This document shows, piece by piece, positions 52,901 to 64,000 of a stretch of DNA of 64,000 nt; positions within the stretch are counted from its first letter, which is position 1; each line of letters starts with the position of its first letter. Made by a program: the position numbers and the translations under genes. The notes under the pieces are model-generated. The model searched no databases. It had not been told where the DNA came from and saw nothing but the letters and a program-made list of their open reading frames with translations. The DNA comes from Marsupella aquatica (lineage: Eukaryota; Plantae; Marchantiophyta), in the NCBI GenBank assembly GCA_973895155.1, contig OZ316896.1, forward strand, positions 17,162,754 to 17,226,753, written 5' to 3'.

Positions 52901-54443
52901 GCTGACCATATCAAGAAATATAGCTTTGCTGTCACAACAGATTACTAAGAAGTGCCTTCCCCTGATGGCCATTGGACCTGGTCCGCTTGGTTGATGGCCT
53001 CCTGGCGGAGTACCATCTTGAGTAACAGATTGACTGACAGCAGCTCGTGCAAGCCATCCTTGCCAGTAGCGCACATCATCGTCGTAGAACTTGATATGCT
53101 TCACACTTCAAACCATTCCAAATGGCCTCAGAACTTCATAAGTAGCATTGAATATCTTCAGTCAGTATTAAAAGAGTTTGCAAAGTGTGAGTCAAAGCTG
53201 GCATATGCGATTGGACATCAAAGTTGACATATGATGCATCACAATAAGCGAAGAACTTATGTCTAGTTTCCTACCTTTCTCCCTTGATATCTTTGATAGC
53301 TTGAGAAAGCTTGGATATCCTGGGCTCTGCGTGAAAAACCCAAATTTATTAAAGTTCATGGCCTGCCTGAGGTTCAATGCAAAGTGGAAACTATTGCTCA
53401 AAACAATAGATTTTCATTTCAATACAACATGGATTGTATGCATGATCTTGACTGAAGATATTCGTCGAAAGGACAACAACGTTAGAAGTGATTAGCTTGT
53501 AAAGACGAAAGTAATACTGCACTTAGACACACTCATCCTGGATTCTGTCCCTTGACTAAGTTCTGAGAAATCAATGAAACTCGACCTAGAAGAACCGTGC
53601 GCATCCATTCCTGGAGGTGAAATGGGGGAGCAGTTTACCAGATTCTCCTTGGAGTTGTGCCCCTGCGAGGCGTCTATCATCTACTCCAACCGCATTTACT
53701 TCATAGATTACCTGCAGTTATCAACGGCGAACCCAAACAAAGATCAACTGACTCTTCAATAGAGTTCAATCTGCACTTTCCCTGAAAGGCCTTGCCACAC
53801 TGCTTTAGGTCAATGATGTAAGGTGAGCTACCAAATTGGCAGGATTCGTTGATACATTACTATGAATTTCTGTTCGCTTGGTCAGCAGAAGTTACTACAT
53901 GACTTTCTCATCTTAAGCACTCAATCTTTCGGAAAGTAGTTGATTAGCTCCAATGCTCTCTCAACTCGCCCCACATAATTCAGATTGGGAGATTCAGGGG
54001 AACCATCTTCAGAAGTCCGGGAAAGGGTTACGCATTGCCCTTGAGCGTAGATCTAAGCATTTTCAACGTTTCTAGTTTTTCAGGACTGTCAAAGCTCGAA
54101 CCGCGACGACAACCAGAGCTTCTTGACTAACAATTTCTCTGCTGCCAATCCTGCTACATTCGCAATCGGCATTCGAATCTCCAGTGGAAATCTATGGTCC
54201 ACGGAAAGCCCCAAATCACAGATCTATGATGCTATTGTTCTGCAACAGATCGACCAAATTCAAAACAGCGGAACTCCAATTCCTTCACAGCAGTAACTAT
54301 GGAAAATTCACCTGCCGGTGCTGCCAGTCCCACACGACAACGTTTCCTGCTAAATCCGCGCTGACTAGCCAAGGGTAGGTCGGATGCAGCTGCAGCTTCG
54401 TGACCTTCTCGCTGCTAGGGCGGAATGCTGCCAGCCTCAACAT
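43979..54443 (-). CDS. TWD40-2: TPLATE/TSET complex WD40 subunit (TWD40-2 / tstF-like), ~1612 aa
   Basis: 21 exons: 54443-54312, 53711-53639, 53326-53275, 53105-52848, 52485-52386, 52100-52026, 51812-51723, 51505-51389, 51158-51043, 50842-50749, 50582-50224, 49957-49624, 49423-49248, 48888-48670, 48430-48253, 47954-47704, 47337-47245, 47027-46926, 46451-46091, 45895-45758, 45499-43979. These sum to 4839 nt, in frame. Diagnostic segments: MLRLAAFRP..HPTYPWLV, KFYDDDVRYW, HPRAPNL, LPQPEWTAWDQTVEYCA, HPGIRCRCLAAYGDAVSAVKW and LEFDLAIQS. Confidence 0.95.
44120..45232 (-). repeat. Coding tandem repeats in the TWD40-2 last exon: 5 x 84 nt (28 aa), ~4 x 72 nt (24 aa) and 2 x FPFPMSTSTSVGG
   Basis: SVVPGGPMLAVPAPVTGAPQVTTGPPSE-type units occur at 84-nt period (~44820-45232). 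FPPPGQPGAPSFQAFAPTNPPGYP-type units occur at 72-nt period (~44330-44615). Confidence 0.92.
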
Positions 54444-54819
54444 TCTCGCCTACAGTCGAAGCTCTTCTCTGCCTCCACGATGCGCACCCTCAGCGAGCAC
54501 TTCCACGACATGCCACGAAAGTGGCGGAAGCCGCGAGATCAAACTCCGTGCTTCCTCAAGCTGCCTTCTGATGAGAAATTCGCCGGCGATCGGACACCAA
54601 AAGACCTCTAGATCTGATCGCGTTTGCGCCAACACCTTCCTGCTCCGCCCTGTTGGTCCATCCAATCGACTGATCGATCGAGAAAATGAGATTGTCGCAC
54701 TGATTGCCCTCCGTCCCGAGTGAGTCTGTCGTTGCACTGTACACTAGTTTACTGTGGAAGCAAGGGCTATGTTTACACTACAGTAGGAAAGTCCTTTACA
54801 GTACTGATCTGATTCCTCT

Positions 54820-55670
54820 CCTTCACTGCCAACCATGGTTACGTGCCAACCATGGTTACGGAACCAAAGAACCCGCCCTCGCCCAACCACACCCAACTAC
54901 CCTGACCAGTTTGAACACCTCAGGTTAGTGCATTTCAGTTTGGTACTAGCCCAATATTATTGATTGCAAAGAAGATATTAGGGAGAAAAGAGATGTTGAG
55001 GTGAGAAAAAGATACTTCACTGCTAACCATGGTTACGGAACCAAAGAACCCGCCCTCTCCCAACCACACCCAACCACCCTGACCAGTTTGAACACCTCAG
55101 GTTAGCTCATTTTCAGTTTTGTACTAGCCCAATGCTCGTTGCGCTCTGGTCCCGCCGCATATGAGAGTTTGAGGGGAACCTGGTTCCGCCGAGAGGTGGC
55201 TAAGAACTAGCAATCAAATGGTCCCGGCATGTTACTACTAGCTTATGACAAATTAAGTTTGGGCCATGGGCATGTCCTGGAGACAGGGGCGGTCAGCCAT
55301 TTACGGGTAGAAAGTGTGATCGGAAAAAAGATATTAGGGAGAAAAGAGATGTTGAAGTGAGAAAACGATACTTCACTGCCAACTATGGTTACGGAACCAA
55401 AGAATCCGCCCTCTGTCACCCAACCACACCCAACCACCTTGACCAGTTTGAACACCTCGGGTTAGCGCATTTTCAGTTTGGTACTAGCCAAATGCTATTG
55501 ATTGGAAAGAAGATATTAGGGAGAAAATTAAGAGATGTTGAAGTGAGAAAAAGATACTTCAGTGCCAACTATGGTTATGGAACCAAAGAACTTGCCTTCG
55601 CCCAACCACACCCAACCACCCTGGCCAGTTTGAACACCTCAGGTTATCACATTTCCAGTTTGGTACTAGC
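54820..55670. repeat. Four-copy ~180-bp tandem repeat immediately upstream of TWD40-2, with a ~180-bp unrelated insert between copies 2 and 3
   Basis: GGTTA(C/T)GGAACCAAAGAA at ~54854, 55031, 55387 and 55574. Shared CCAGTTTGAACACCTC(A/G)GGTTA and GATATTAGGGAGAAAA. Unique sequence at ~55137-55316. Confidence 0.92.
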
Positions 55671-56266
55671 TCTTGGGCGGAGCTCTTGGCAATGGCAACC
55701 CTCGCATGGCTCATTTACTCGAATTCAACTCTTGTTTTGAGTTGCACTGTTGTTGGCTGAACTTTCACTTCAGCTTTGTGGTGGGGGCCTGAAAATGAGT
55801 CTAAAGTTTTTTTTTGTGCACATACAATTATGTGCATACTATTCTCCAAAACACAATATACCATCTCAGACACTTGTTAGTTCGTGTTAGGTAAATAGAA
55901 GTATAGAGTACTAAAGAGGATTCACGAAGACGCTTCCTTGTATTGTCATTAATTGCACCTCTATTATCCCCCACACCCCACTGGAAGACTCCCCCCATTT
56001 TTGGGTCCCACTTCAGTTTCATGCTAGGACCTTTTTTGGTCCCCTCGCTGCCCTGCCCATCCCATGCCTAGGCAGCCCTTAAACCCAGTCCTTTTGGTAG
56101 TTGTCATGCGCATACACATTGCTACACAACATACATCGCTTGTCACACACATCCATGAAAACATATCCACAATGTAGCATCACAAACACAAGAGAATGGA
56201 ATACAAGTGGAACTTATGTCCATACATGTCCAAAACCCACAATAATCTCACAACAATCGGCACAAT

Positions 56267-56321
56267 GATCCCGGTCAACAATACCCCATCGATCCCGGTC
56301 AAAAATACCCCATCGATCCCG
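56267..56321. repeat. 24-bp minisatellite, ~2.3 copies
   Basis: GATCCCGGTCAACAATACCCCATC GATCCCGGTCAAAAATACCCCATC GATCCCG. Confidence 0.8.
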
Positions 56322-56899
56322 CACCGATCTGATCACACACAGTCATATGTCAAGCCAACGCACCTTGCATTACATAAGGAATCCACGTTGTACAAGCGGA
56401 GCTCACAGCCACCATAGCCACACTCAAGCTCCTCTCTCTCCAAGGCTCGACATCGAAAGATGACCTTTCGATGCCTCACAAGGGAGAACTACTCTCCCAC
56501 ACAAACCTAATGGAACTTTATCGGCTCCAATAGCACACATACAAAATGTACATACCCAACTAGCACTATATACTACAACAGCATCTAGAATGGTGTGACA
56601 TAGCCCCTTCACTACTATTTTTTTCATCTTTTTATGGCAATTTAACAATAAAACCCACGAAAACCCACAGGAAGGGGGGCCAAAACAGCCGGTACAAAAG
56701 GGTAAAGCAGCCAGAACATGCCCCAACCAGACCGGGCCCCAGCAGCAAGTGTCAAGCCCCCGCAAGCACCAGTGACAACCTCTACATGCTATATAACAAC
56801 AATGAGGAGGACGATCAGGCCAAGGAGAAGGTCTCAGTCAAATAACCGAAGCTAGAAAACGTTAAGCTAAAAAACATTAAGCTAAAAGCCAGAGCTGAA

Positions 56900-57550
56900 A
56901 ACCAACACTAAAATACCAAAGCTAAGGGCCTCACTTCGAAGTGTATAGTGTCTGCTGCCTCTAGTGAGAGCCCTGTAAGAATCCTATAAGAAATGAATAC
57001 TAAGTGCAATCACCAAGTCACAAAGGCATCCCGTCGTCCCAACCATCGCCGTCTCTCAAAAACCACAGCATCCTTGGCCAGAAGCAACCGCGTGTGTTTG
57101 AGGCTGGGGCCAAAGGTCTCACAAAGCCCATGGAGGTGGTCGGCCATTTCAGAGAGTACTAGATTCAGATTGAAGGAGCGTCTTATTAGGGGATTAAAAA
57201 GTTGCTCAGTTCTGGCAGTACATAGAGCCCACAAGACCTGTTATATTGTGAATGCTACTACTGAGTGTGTGAAGCTGGGGTCTTTAAAATGTTCAATCAG
57301 CGGCAAGATTTCTGCTAGAGGCCAAATGACAATGCCAGGAAAAGGCTAAGACACTAAAGTCAAGCATCTATGCGCAAATTGACACTTGAAGAAGAGATGT
57401 GGGATGGATTCCAGTTCCGTAGAGCAAATCTGACACATAATGTTGCTCTTCCCAATTCTAAGGGCCCGAGTGCCTGTAAAAAGCTCTTGTGCAAGGACTC
57501 TCCAGACAAAAGTACAGGATTTCAATTGTAGATCCGATGTCCACAAATAC
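56900..57550 (-). mobile_element. LINE (L1/Tx1-type) 3' fragment, zf-RVT region
   Basis: FVWRVLAQELFTG...CQICSTELESIPHLFFKCQFA is the CCHC zinc-binding region found C-terminal to L1 RT. It is followed by decayed LWALCTARTEQLF-type sequence. Confidence 0.75.
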
Positions 57551-58189
57551 AGCCTTCACTACTATTTTTAATTTTAATGGGTTCTTTGGCCCGCTCTTTG
57601 GTTGTTCCTCGGATTTCCTTTGTATTTTTTCATGGAGGGATAATATTATGACTTCAACTTGTACTTGGATGTTTGGGTGGATTCTTTTTTTCATGATAGG
57701 ATACTTAATACCAATGCACAATCTACAACTATAATAAGTGATCCCGCCTTTTTTTGTCCTTCGTCCCATTATGAAATACAAAATTGGCGGGAATCAAAAC
57801 TGGCCGTTAGATATATTAGAGGATTTTTGTATCCATTCGATTCGATTACCACTTGCCCTCTCTTGCCTCTTAGTCCCCAGCCCTGTGGGCCATCCCTCAT
57901 TGCACTGTGCAAAGCACAAGCATAGGGCTCGTGCACATATAATACTTTAATTTGCAAAAGTGGCACCCAACATAAAAGCTTTTCTATGTCATTTCCAGCA
58001 CACCTTCTAATAGATCTGTTAATAGTCCCTACCAATACTTAGAGGAGACCTGATCAAATAAAAAACCATTTATCTCCTAACCTATTCACAATAAGCACAC
58101 ATCTTATTGCATAAGAAGCAAAATTTTAATCATAATGTTTGTTTTCACCAAATCAAAAGAGATATGGCAGGATGCTAGGATGCAAGCTT

Positions 58190-59400
58190 GAGGGATTGGC
58201 AAACGTGTCCCTCTAGTTTCTTGGGTCAAAATGGCTAGGTCTAGGATGGAGGGTGGTCTGGGGCTGAAGGACTATTGTTGTCACTCAGAGGCTCTTCTCT
58301 CCAAATGATTTACTAGAGCATTGGACTCCCCTAGCACAGAATGGGGCTACCTCTTTGCTGAAAACCTGAAATTGGTTAGCTGGGTGAACTACAAGTGGAT
58401 TAGGCGGTATCTATACTCCTTCAAGGATAAAATGTTGTTGTGCTTTCCACGCTCATTCAATGGCCTAACTTACCTTGAAGGCTTGGATGCAATTTCAACC
58501 TCACCTTATCTTTTCCCCTAGTAGGGATTTCATGCCTGGCAGATGGAGTGTTAATGGTACACTTTGCTGCCTTAAGGGCTTTTCAGTCATGGCCAAATAC
58601 GGACTTTGCGGTGGTCAATGTGCTTTGTGGACGTATGGGCATACGCTGCCTTCAGGACTTGTGGTCAGCAAAACTGAACACATAGCGTGATATGGCTGAA
58701 CAACTGAACCATACTAGAGGTTTTTCTACACGGGAGAGAGAGAGTGTTGCAAGGAGTTCCTGGAGTCAGTTAAGGTCATTGACGGTTGCAATATGCATTA
58801 TGTAAGTGGAGCCTGTTGTTGACACTTAATTGGTGGACCGACCGGCCCCTATGAATGCTTTCCAAATCACCAACAGGAGGGCTTATTCTCTAATTACCCC
58901 TCCTGTCACAAATTTCCTCTGCCTGAATCACACTTGGGCCAGCACAAAATAGAAGAAGAATAGCAGGCGGCTTGCACTGTATCAAACTTGTCCTCACGGG
59001 CCAAGACTTTTGTATGGAGAGTACTGGCCTCAAGCCTGTTTACGGGAATCAGAGAGGTCCACATTGGCAAAGGTGATGGCTTCTACAAACTTTGCAGCAG
59101 GGTTATCGAAACCATCCACCATCTCTTTGCACAATGTGTGCATGCTTGCAACTGCTGGTCATTAGGTGCTAATTGCTTCCAAGGCACATTTCTAGATTAC
59201 TCAAACAGACTACTAGCCATGCTTGATCTGCCAGTAGGGAGAGAACACCACAAAGTTGCACACCTCTTCATCTTTATCAAATCCTTTGGTCACTATGGAT
59301 AGAACAGAATGCACATGAGTTTCAGGCAAATGGTTGCAGAAAATTTGATATTCTAAGATTTATACTATTGGAAGCTGTTGGCGTGAGCCTGCCCCCGGGC
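58190..59400 (+). mobile_element. LINE (L1/Tx1-type) ORF2 3' fragment, decayed
   Basis: KRVPLVSWVKMARSRMEGGLGLKD...EALLSK* is the post-RT motif. AKTFVWRVLASSLFTG...LCSRVIETIHHLFAQCVHACNCW is a zf-RVT. Stops and frameshifts are present. Confidence 0.8.
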
Positions 59401-61243
59401 AAAGATTGTCAAGTGTGTCTAAAATTCATCATTTAGTAACATTGTCAATTTGTTTTCATCATTTAGTAAAACTTTGTAGTTGAGATTCTCATGTGTGTGT
59501 GTTTTTTTCACTATTAAATATTGTTTGTACACACCCAAATATGGAAAAAAAATTAGAAAGGACAAATGAAAACAATCCAAATTGATAGTGTAAATTAGAA
59601 TGGATTTAGTAGAGGGTACCATATAATGATCATGGTCATTACAATCATGATTGCACATACCATGAGATGACCAAAGTATTTTCATGGCCATGAGGCCCAT
59701 GGAAGTGGCTCATGTAAGATTGTCAGAGCATGTACGTGAGACTTACACTCATGCTTGCACTCTAGATATTCTGTAGCGTGAGATGAAGGAAAAAAGTTGC
59801 AAAATATATAAAACATTCTATGGTGAAAAAGAAACCAAATTGCCCATGTGCCTAAATGTTGACAAAATATCTAAATAATCTAGCACAACCTAGATTGATT
59901 CACTAGAAATCTTGTATTGTATTAAATATATTTTTTTGAAGGAAAATTTCATTATTTTGGTTCATTCTAGCCTTCATTTCCTTTTGAATCCATGGACAAA
60001 CATTTAACGGATTTTGTGTATACTAAAAGCTTATACAAAATTTATGCTACACATGACATGTCTTTTCTCAACCAGATTGCTAACTATGTTTAATAACAAC
60101 TATGGTTGGAAGGTCAAACTTCCACTATGATCATTAGCAAATATGTTTAATAATAACTATGATTTAAAAACATTTTAGTCTTGAGAACATTATACACTAA
60201 GTCAAAGAATATAGACCATATTAGCCATGAAATAATGAGGTTTCCTCCAACATACTGGAACTCATGCCCCCCAACACTTTGTGGATAAGTAAACTATTAA
60301 TCTATTCATCTAACAATGAATGTATGTCACAAATTGTTCACTTCTAAACATTTTCACCTTCTAGTATGTCGTATCAAAATTAAACCATAAGTTACTAAAC
60401 TTATTAGTAGACATCATTAACCAAGAAATTAATGTTCAAGGTTGCCTTTGAATATAAGTTCTCTCTTTTGATCTTTGTTTCTTTGACTAATTCATATTAA
60501 AGAACCTATAAATCAAATAAAGAGAAATAATCATTCCAAGTTATAGTTATAAGTTGGCTTTTGAAATAAAATGAATAACATGAAAATGCTCAGTCTAGCA
60601 ACTACTAACAATCATTGGGAAGGAAAGACATTCTTACAAAAACATCATTAAATTGAGCCCATCTCTAAGTTATTATTCTAGGGGTTATATGTCATACCCA
60701 ACAATCTATCATTGTATATAAAAGAATACAATTAAACACTGCCAAAGCATGTCCTTCAATGCAAGAGAAATGATGACCAAAAGGTGTCCTTGATACTATC
60801 AAACTACCTTGATTGATACAAGTAGTTAGCCAAGTTGAAGTCTGGACAGGTTAAATATCTAACTAGTAATAAATTAAACTACCTTTATCAGCACAAGCAA
60901 CCAATATTAATTGACTAACTGTCAGAAATCTAATCAAAATAGTTTAATCCATATACGCAACCCAATTAAATAATCTAACTAGTAACAAACCTGACCAAGC
61001 TACCTTGATACATACAATCATCAAATGTTAACTGATCATCAACAAACTCAACCAAACTACCTTGATATATACAGCGAAACAAATATGATTCCCCTAATCA
61101 ATGAATTACTTGGGTACTGGATTACCCCACCTTTTGCATGGGTTTTCTCTTGCACACTAAAATAAAAGAATCCCTGATGAGTTAACTTTATATATTATAT
61201 TACCCTAATTGTTTTCCAGGTTTGGATGTTACATACTATGAAT

Positions 61244-61539
61244 CTCGGGGGTCTCACTATATGGGGACCTCCCCATCGCCTGCGACGTTTTTAGGCCTCG
61301 GACCCCCTAAAATGTAAGAATTTTTTTTTTAATTTTTTAACCCCTATAAAGTTGGAATATTCTTGGAATATTCTAAAAATTGGATTAAAAAGACCCTTAT
61401 GTTCTTATAAGTCTCAAAATTGAATTTAAAAGACCCTATTGTTCTACAAAAATTCCTAAGTCTTCCTTTAAAACCAATAAAATGACCATATCCTTCGTCG
61501 CACGTGATATGCCATTTTTGTGGAAGTGAAACCCCTGAG
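61244..61539. mobile_element. MITE family copy C (296 bp), 8-bp TSD
   Basis: TIRs CTCGGGGGTCTCACT / AGTGAAACCCCTGAG. Perfect TSD CTATGAAT at 61236-61243 and 61540-61547. It shares CACTATATGG, TGTGGAAGTGA and subterminal TCGCACGTGAT with copy B. Confidence 0.9.
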
Positions 61540-62500
61540 CTATGAATGAACAAGCAAATGACTATGATTACCTTTATGAGTGAATTACTTGGATATTGGA
61601 TTACCCCAACTTTTGCACGGTTTGAATGTTACACACTAGAATAATATCAATTCTCCTAGGGGAATTATGTTGATATTAGATTACGGTATAGTTGAATGTG
61701 TGGATCAACGGGTATGTTTGAATTGTGGATCAAGGTAGCTTGATAAGATCAAGAAAACCTATTTGGCTGCTCTTCCCAAGCCTCATCCATTTAAATCACA
61801 AGTATCTTTAAACCCTAGGTGACCCATAGTTGGCATACAAAAAATGCAATCATCGCGTTTGCAGATCAACGTTTACCCGCAACCCTCCCATTGTTACTCA
61901 GAAAAATCTCACCAGTTAGCAAACCAAACAATCTATGACTCAAAATGATGCTCTTTCAAAGATCTACGGCTTAGAAAAACCAGCACTCAAAAAACACAAA
62001 AATGAGTAAAAAACAAGAAAAGCGAATGGAGCATGTTGATTGGTTTAGATGTTCAAATATTTGGGCAGGCCGGGCAGGGGACATGTGGCCTATGGAAATA
62101 GCGAGTGAATGGTTAAGGGTGAGCGAGGGTAGTGGGTGCACCGGGTGAGGTGTAGGACCACCTAAGCCTGTTGCATGCCTATGTATTAAATTAGAGTTCT
62201 TGGTCCTCTAGATCCAAAGAATCTCCATATGTCATTGGTTAGTACACTTGCTTGTGAAGCAACAGATCCTAAGCTTGAAACTTGTTTATGCAATGTTAGT
62301 GCGTAACTGTTTTTGTCTTGTCCTGGAACTCTATGTAAGTGACAACTAGGTAGATGATGGTGGACTAGTTGAGGATTTATTATAACCCTAATTCACATTG
62401 ATTTCCGGCCACAACGTCCATGGGGCATCAGTGTAGGATAGAAGGAAGGTGTGGCGAGCAACTTCACCTTATTCTTCATTCCCCATTTTTTTGGGGTACA

Positions 62501-62935
62501 CAGCATCATCAGTTATCAGTGGTTGATAACTGATATCAGTCGACTGATATCAGTTATGTCCAAAATTTCAGAATCTCAGTTGAGGAGTTGAGATGGGGCC
62601 TTCAAACTTCCACGCATCTCAGCTGGGCAGCCGAGGTTGACTCAATCTCGGCTGACTTCGCCGAGATGGGTGTACGGGTTTACGGAAACCAAACAAATTG
62701 AAAAAAAATTTCGGAAAATTTTTCCCACCTCGGCTGGGCTCGCCGAGATAGGTGTCTGTACGGTACGGACGCCTCATGGCGAAAAAAATTTGAAAAAAAA
62801 CTTTTCCTTCAAATTTTGAAAATAAATTTAAGAAATTTTTTTCTTCATTTTTTTGCATCGCAACTTGGCGGCCTCTTTGAGATGAGGTGGCAGCTGATAT
62901 CAGGTACACTGATAAAAGTGACTGATAACTGATGA
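62501..62935. mobile_element. Second non-autonomous TIR element (~435 bp)
   Basis: Inverted ends TCATCAGTTATCAGT (62506-62520) / ACTGATAACTGATGA (62921-62935), repeated CTGATATCAG palindromes at both ends, and internal CTCGGCTG..CGCCGAG repeats. TSD not resolved. Confidence 0.65.
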
Positions 62936-64000
62936 GATTACCTATCTCAATTTTTTCCACAATCTATTGTTACCATCTACAGTGGTCTCTAGTGCTCCCA
63001 ATAGTGTTTAATTACTTTCTTTCATTGGTTCTTAGGTTTTTAATTTGCTACTCAACCTTAGTCTATCCATTTAGTGGTTAGATTGGTTTTAGTTGTTGTA
63101 GTTTTTGTAATTTTCTTGATGTGAGTGAAAATAATAATTGGTCATTCATCGAGTTTGGCTTGGCATTCAGTTTCCATTTTTAGGTTGGATTTTTTATAGA
63201 TAGGTTCTACATATAGGGTTTAGGCTTTGGGATAGAATAGTATGGGTAATGAGGGCCAACCTCCTGATCTTCCACATGGGAGACAGAAATGCCGTCCGAG
63301 AGGAGATGGTCCACCTAGACAACATATTGTACACAAGTGATGATATAGACTATAAGAAGCAATGTAAATCAGATGCCAAGTCAAAAACTGATATCTGGGA
63401 CCCACTTGAGAGGTGGGAGGAGTGGGAGGAGCTTAGATCTTTGCTAGGACACGATATCACACACTCTACTATTGTGACATGATTACTGAATTTTACCCGA
63501 TCTAGAGTTCTGGAGCTTACTAGGAGAAATCGGGGCAATTTAGACCAAATCTTACAAGGCTAAACCCACTAAGTCTTTTTTTCCATATTTTAAATGACTC
63601 GCACCCATTGCACCGGTTTTGTCGAAGACTAGAAATTACTTTGAGTGTTTTCTGGTTTAGTAAAAGACTATGAAAAGTGACCTTGCTACTTTGTGAAAGG
63701 TGAACACTCGACTAGCATATCATGGGTTTTATTGTTGGTGATGGCAAGGACAACCGGGAGGCTCCACATCACATATATTACATCAAATACTCATGAGTGT
63801 CAATGAAGGAAACTCAAACCTTTGAGAGATAAAACCACTGAAGAGGCATTTATGCTCAAGTCTAGAGAGGGGGAAATGATGTCCAGTTTGTTTTATAAGA
63901 CTTACAAAAAATGGGCAAATTAATTCAATTGCTCTATTGTAATGGCCATGAGGGCGTGCACAACTGATGTTTTGACCTCTTTACCAACATCCCGCTATAT

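Noticed and set aside
43979-54443. Non-canonical (U12 or GC-AG) introns in the reconstructed genes
   Set aside because: All the junctions I reconstructed are ordinary GT-AG, with no GTATCCTT U12 donor.
54820-55670. Repeat-unique-repeat layout as a possible CRISPR-like array
   Set aside because: The units are ~180 bp, directly tandem, with only one insert. The context is eukaryotic and there are no cas genes.

Overview
Eukaryotic land-plant genomic DNA, probably a bryophyte or liverwort (an inference from gene content, GT-AG introns and GA-rich leaders). It holds four intron-containing genes, whose exons I reconstructed by hand from splice sites and reading frame. These are a 5'-truncated PAP-specific/IMPase-family phosphatase (+, to 2233), a SUMO gene (-, 4858-6100), the giant N-recognin/E3 BIG/UBR4 (+, 20747-40537, 15 exons, ~5259 aa) and the TPLATE/TSET subunit TWD40-2 (-, 43979-54443, 21 exons, ~1612 aa) with a long Pro-rich repeat tail. 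The intergenic blocks (~7-19.5 kb and ~54.8-64 kb) are repeat-rich. They contain a decayed RLE-type (CRE-like) non-LTR retrotransposon, L1/Tx1-type LINE fragments, three members of one ~300-bp MITE family with CT(C/T)GGGGG termini and 8-bp TSDs, other foldback elements and two ~180-195-bp tandem arrays. The most notable observations are the RLE-type retroelement, the nested MITE family, a perfect 34-bp hairpin in a BIG intron, the TWD40-2 repeat tail, and a dense GGGCAG cluster plus short uORFs upstream of BIG. No CRISPR, rRNA or tRNA was seen. Most short ORFs in the track are antisense or off-frame artefacts. Family assignments come from remembered motifs, not database searches.
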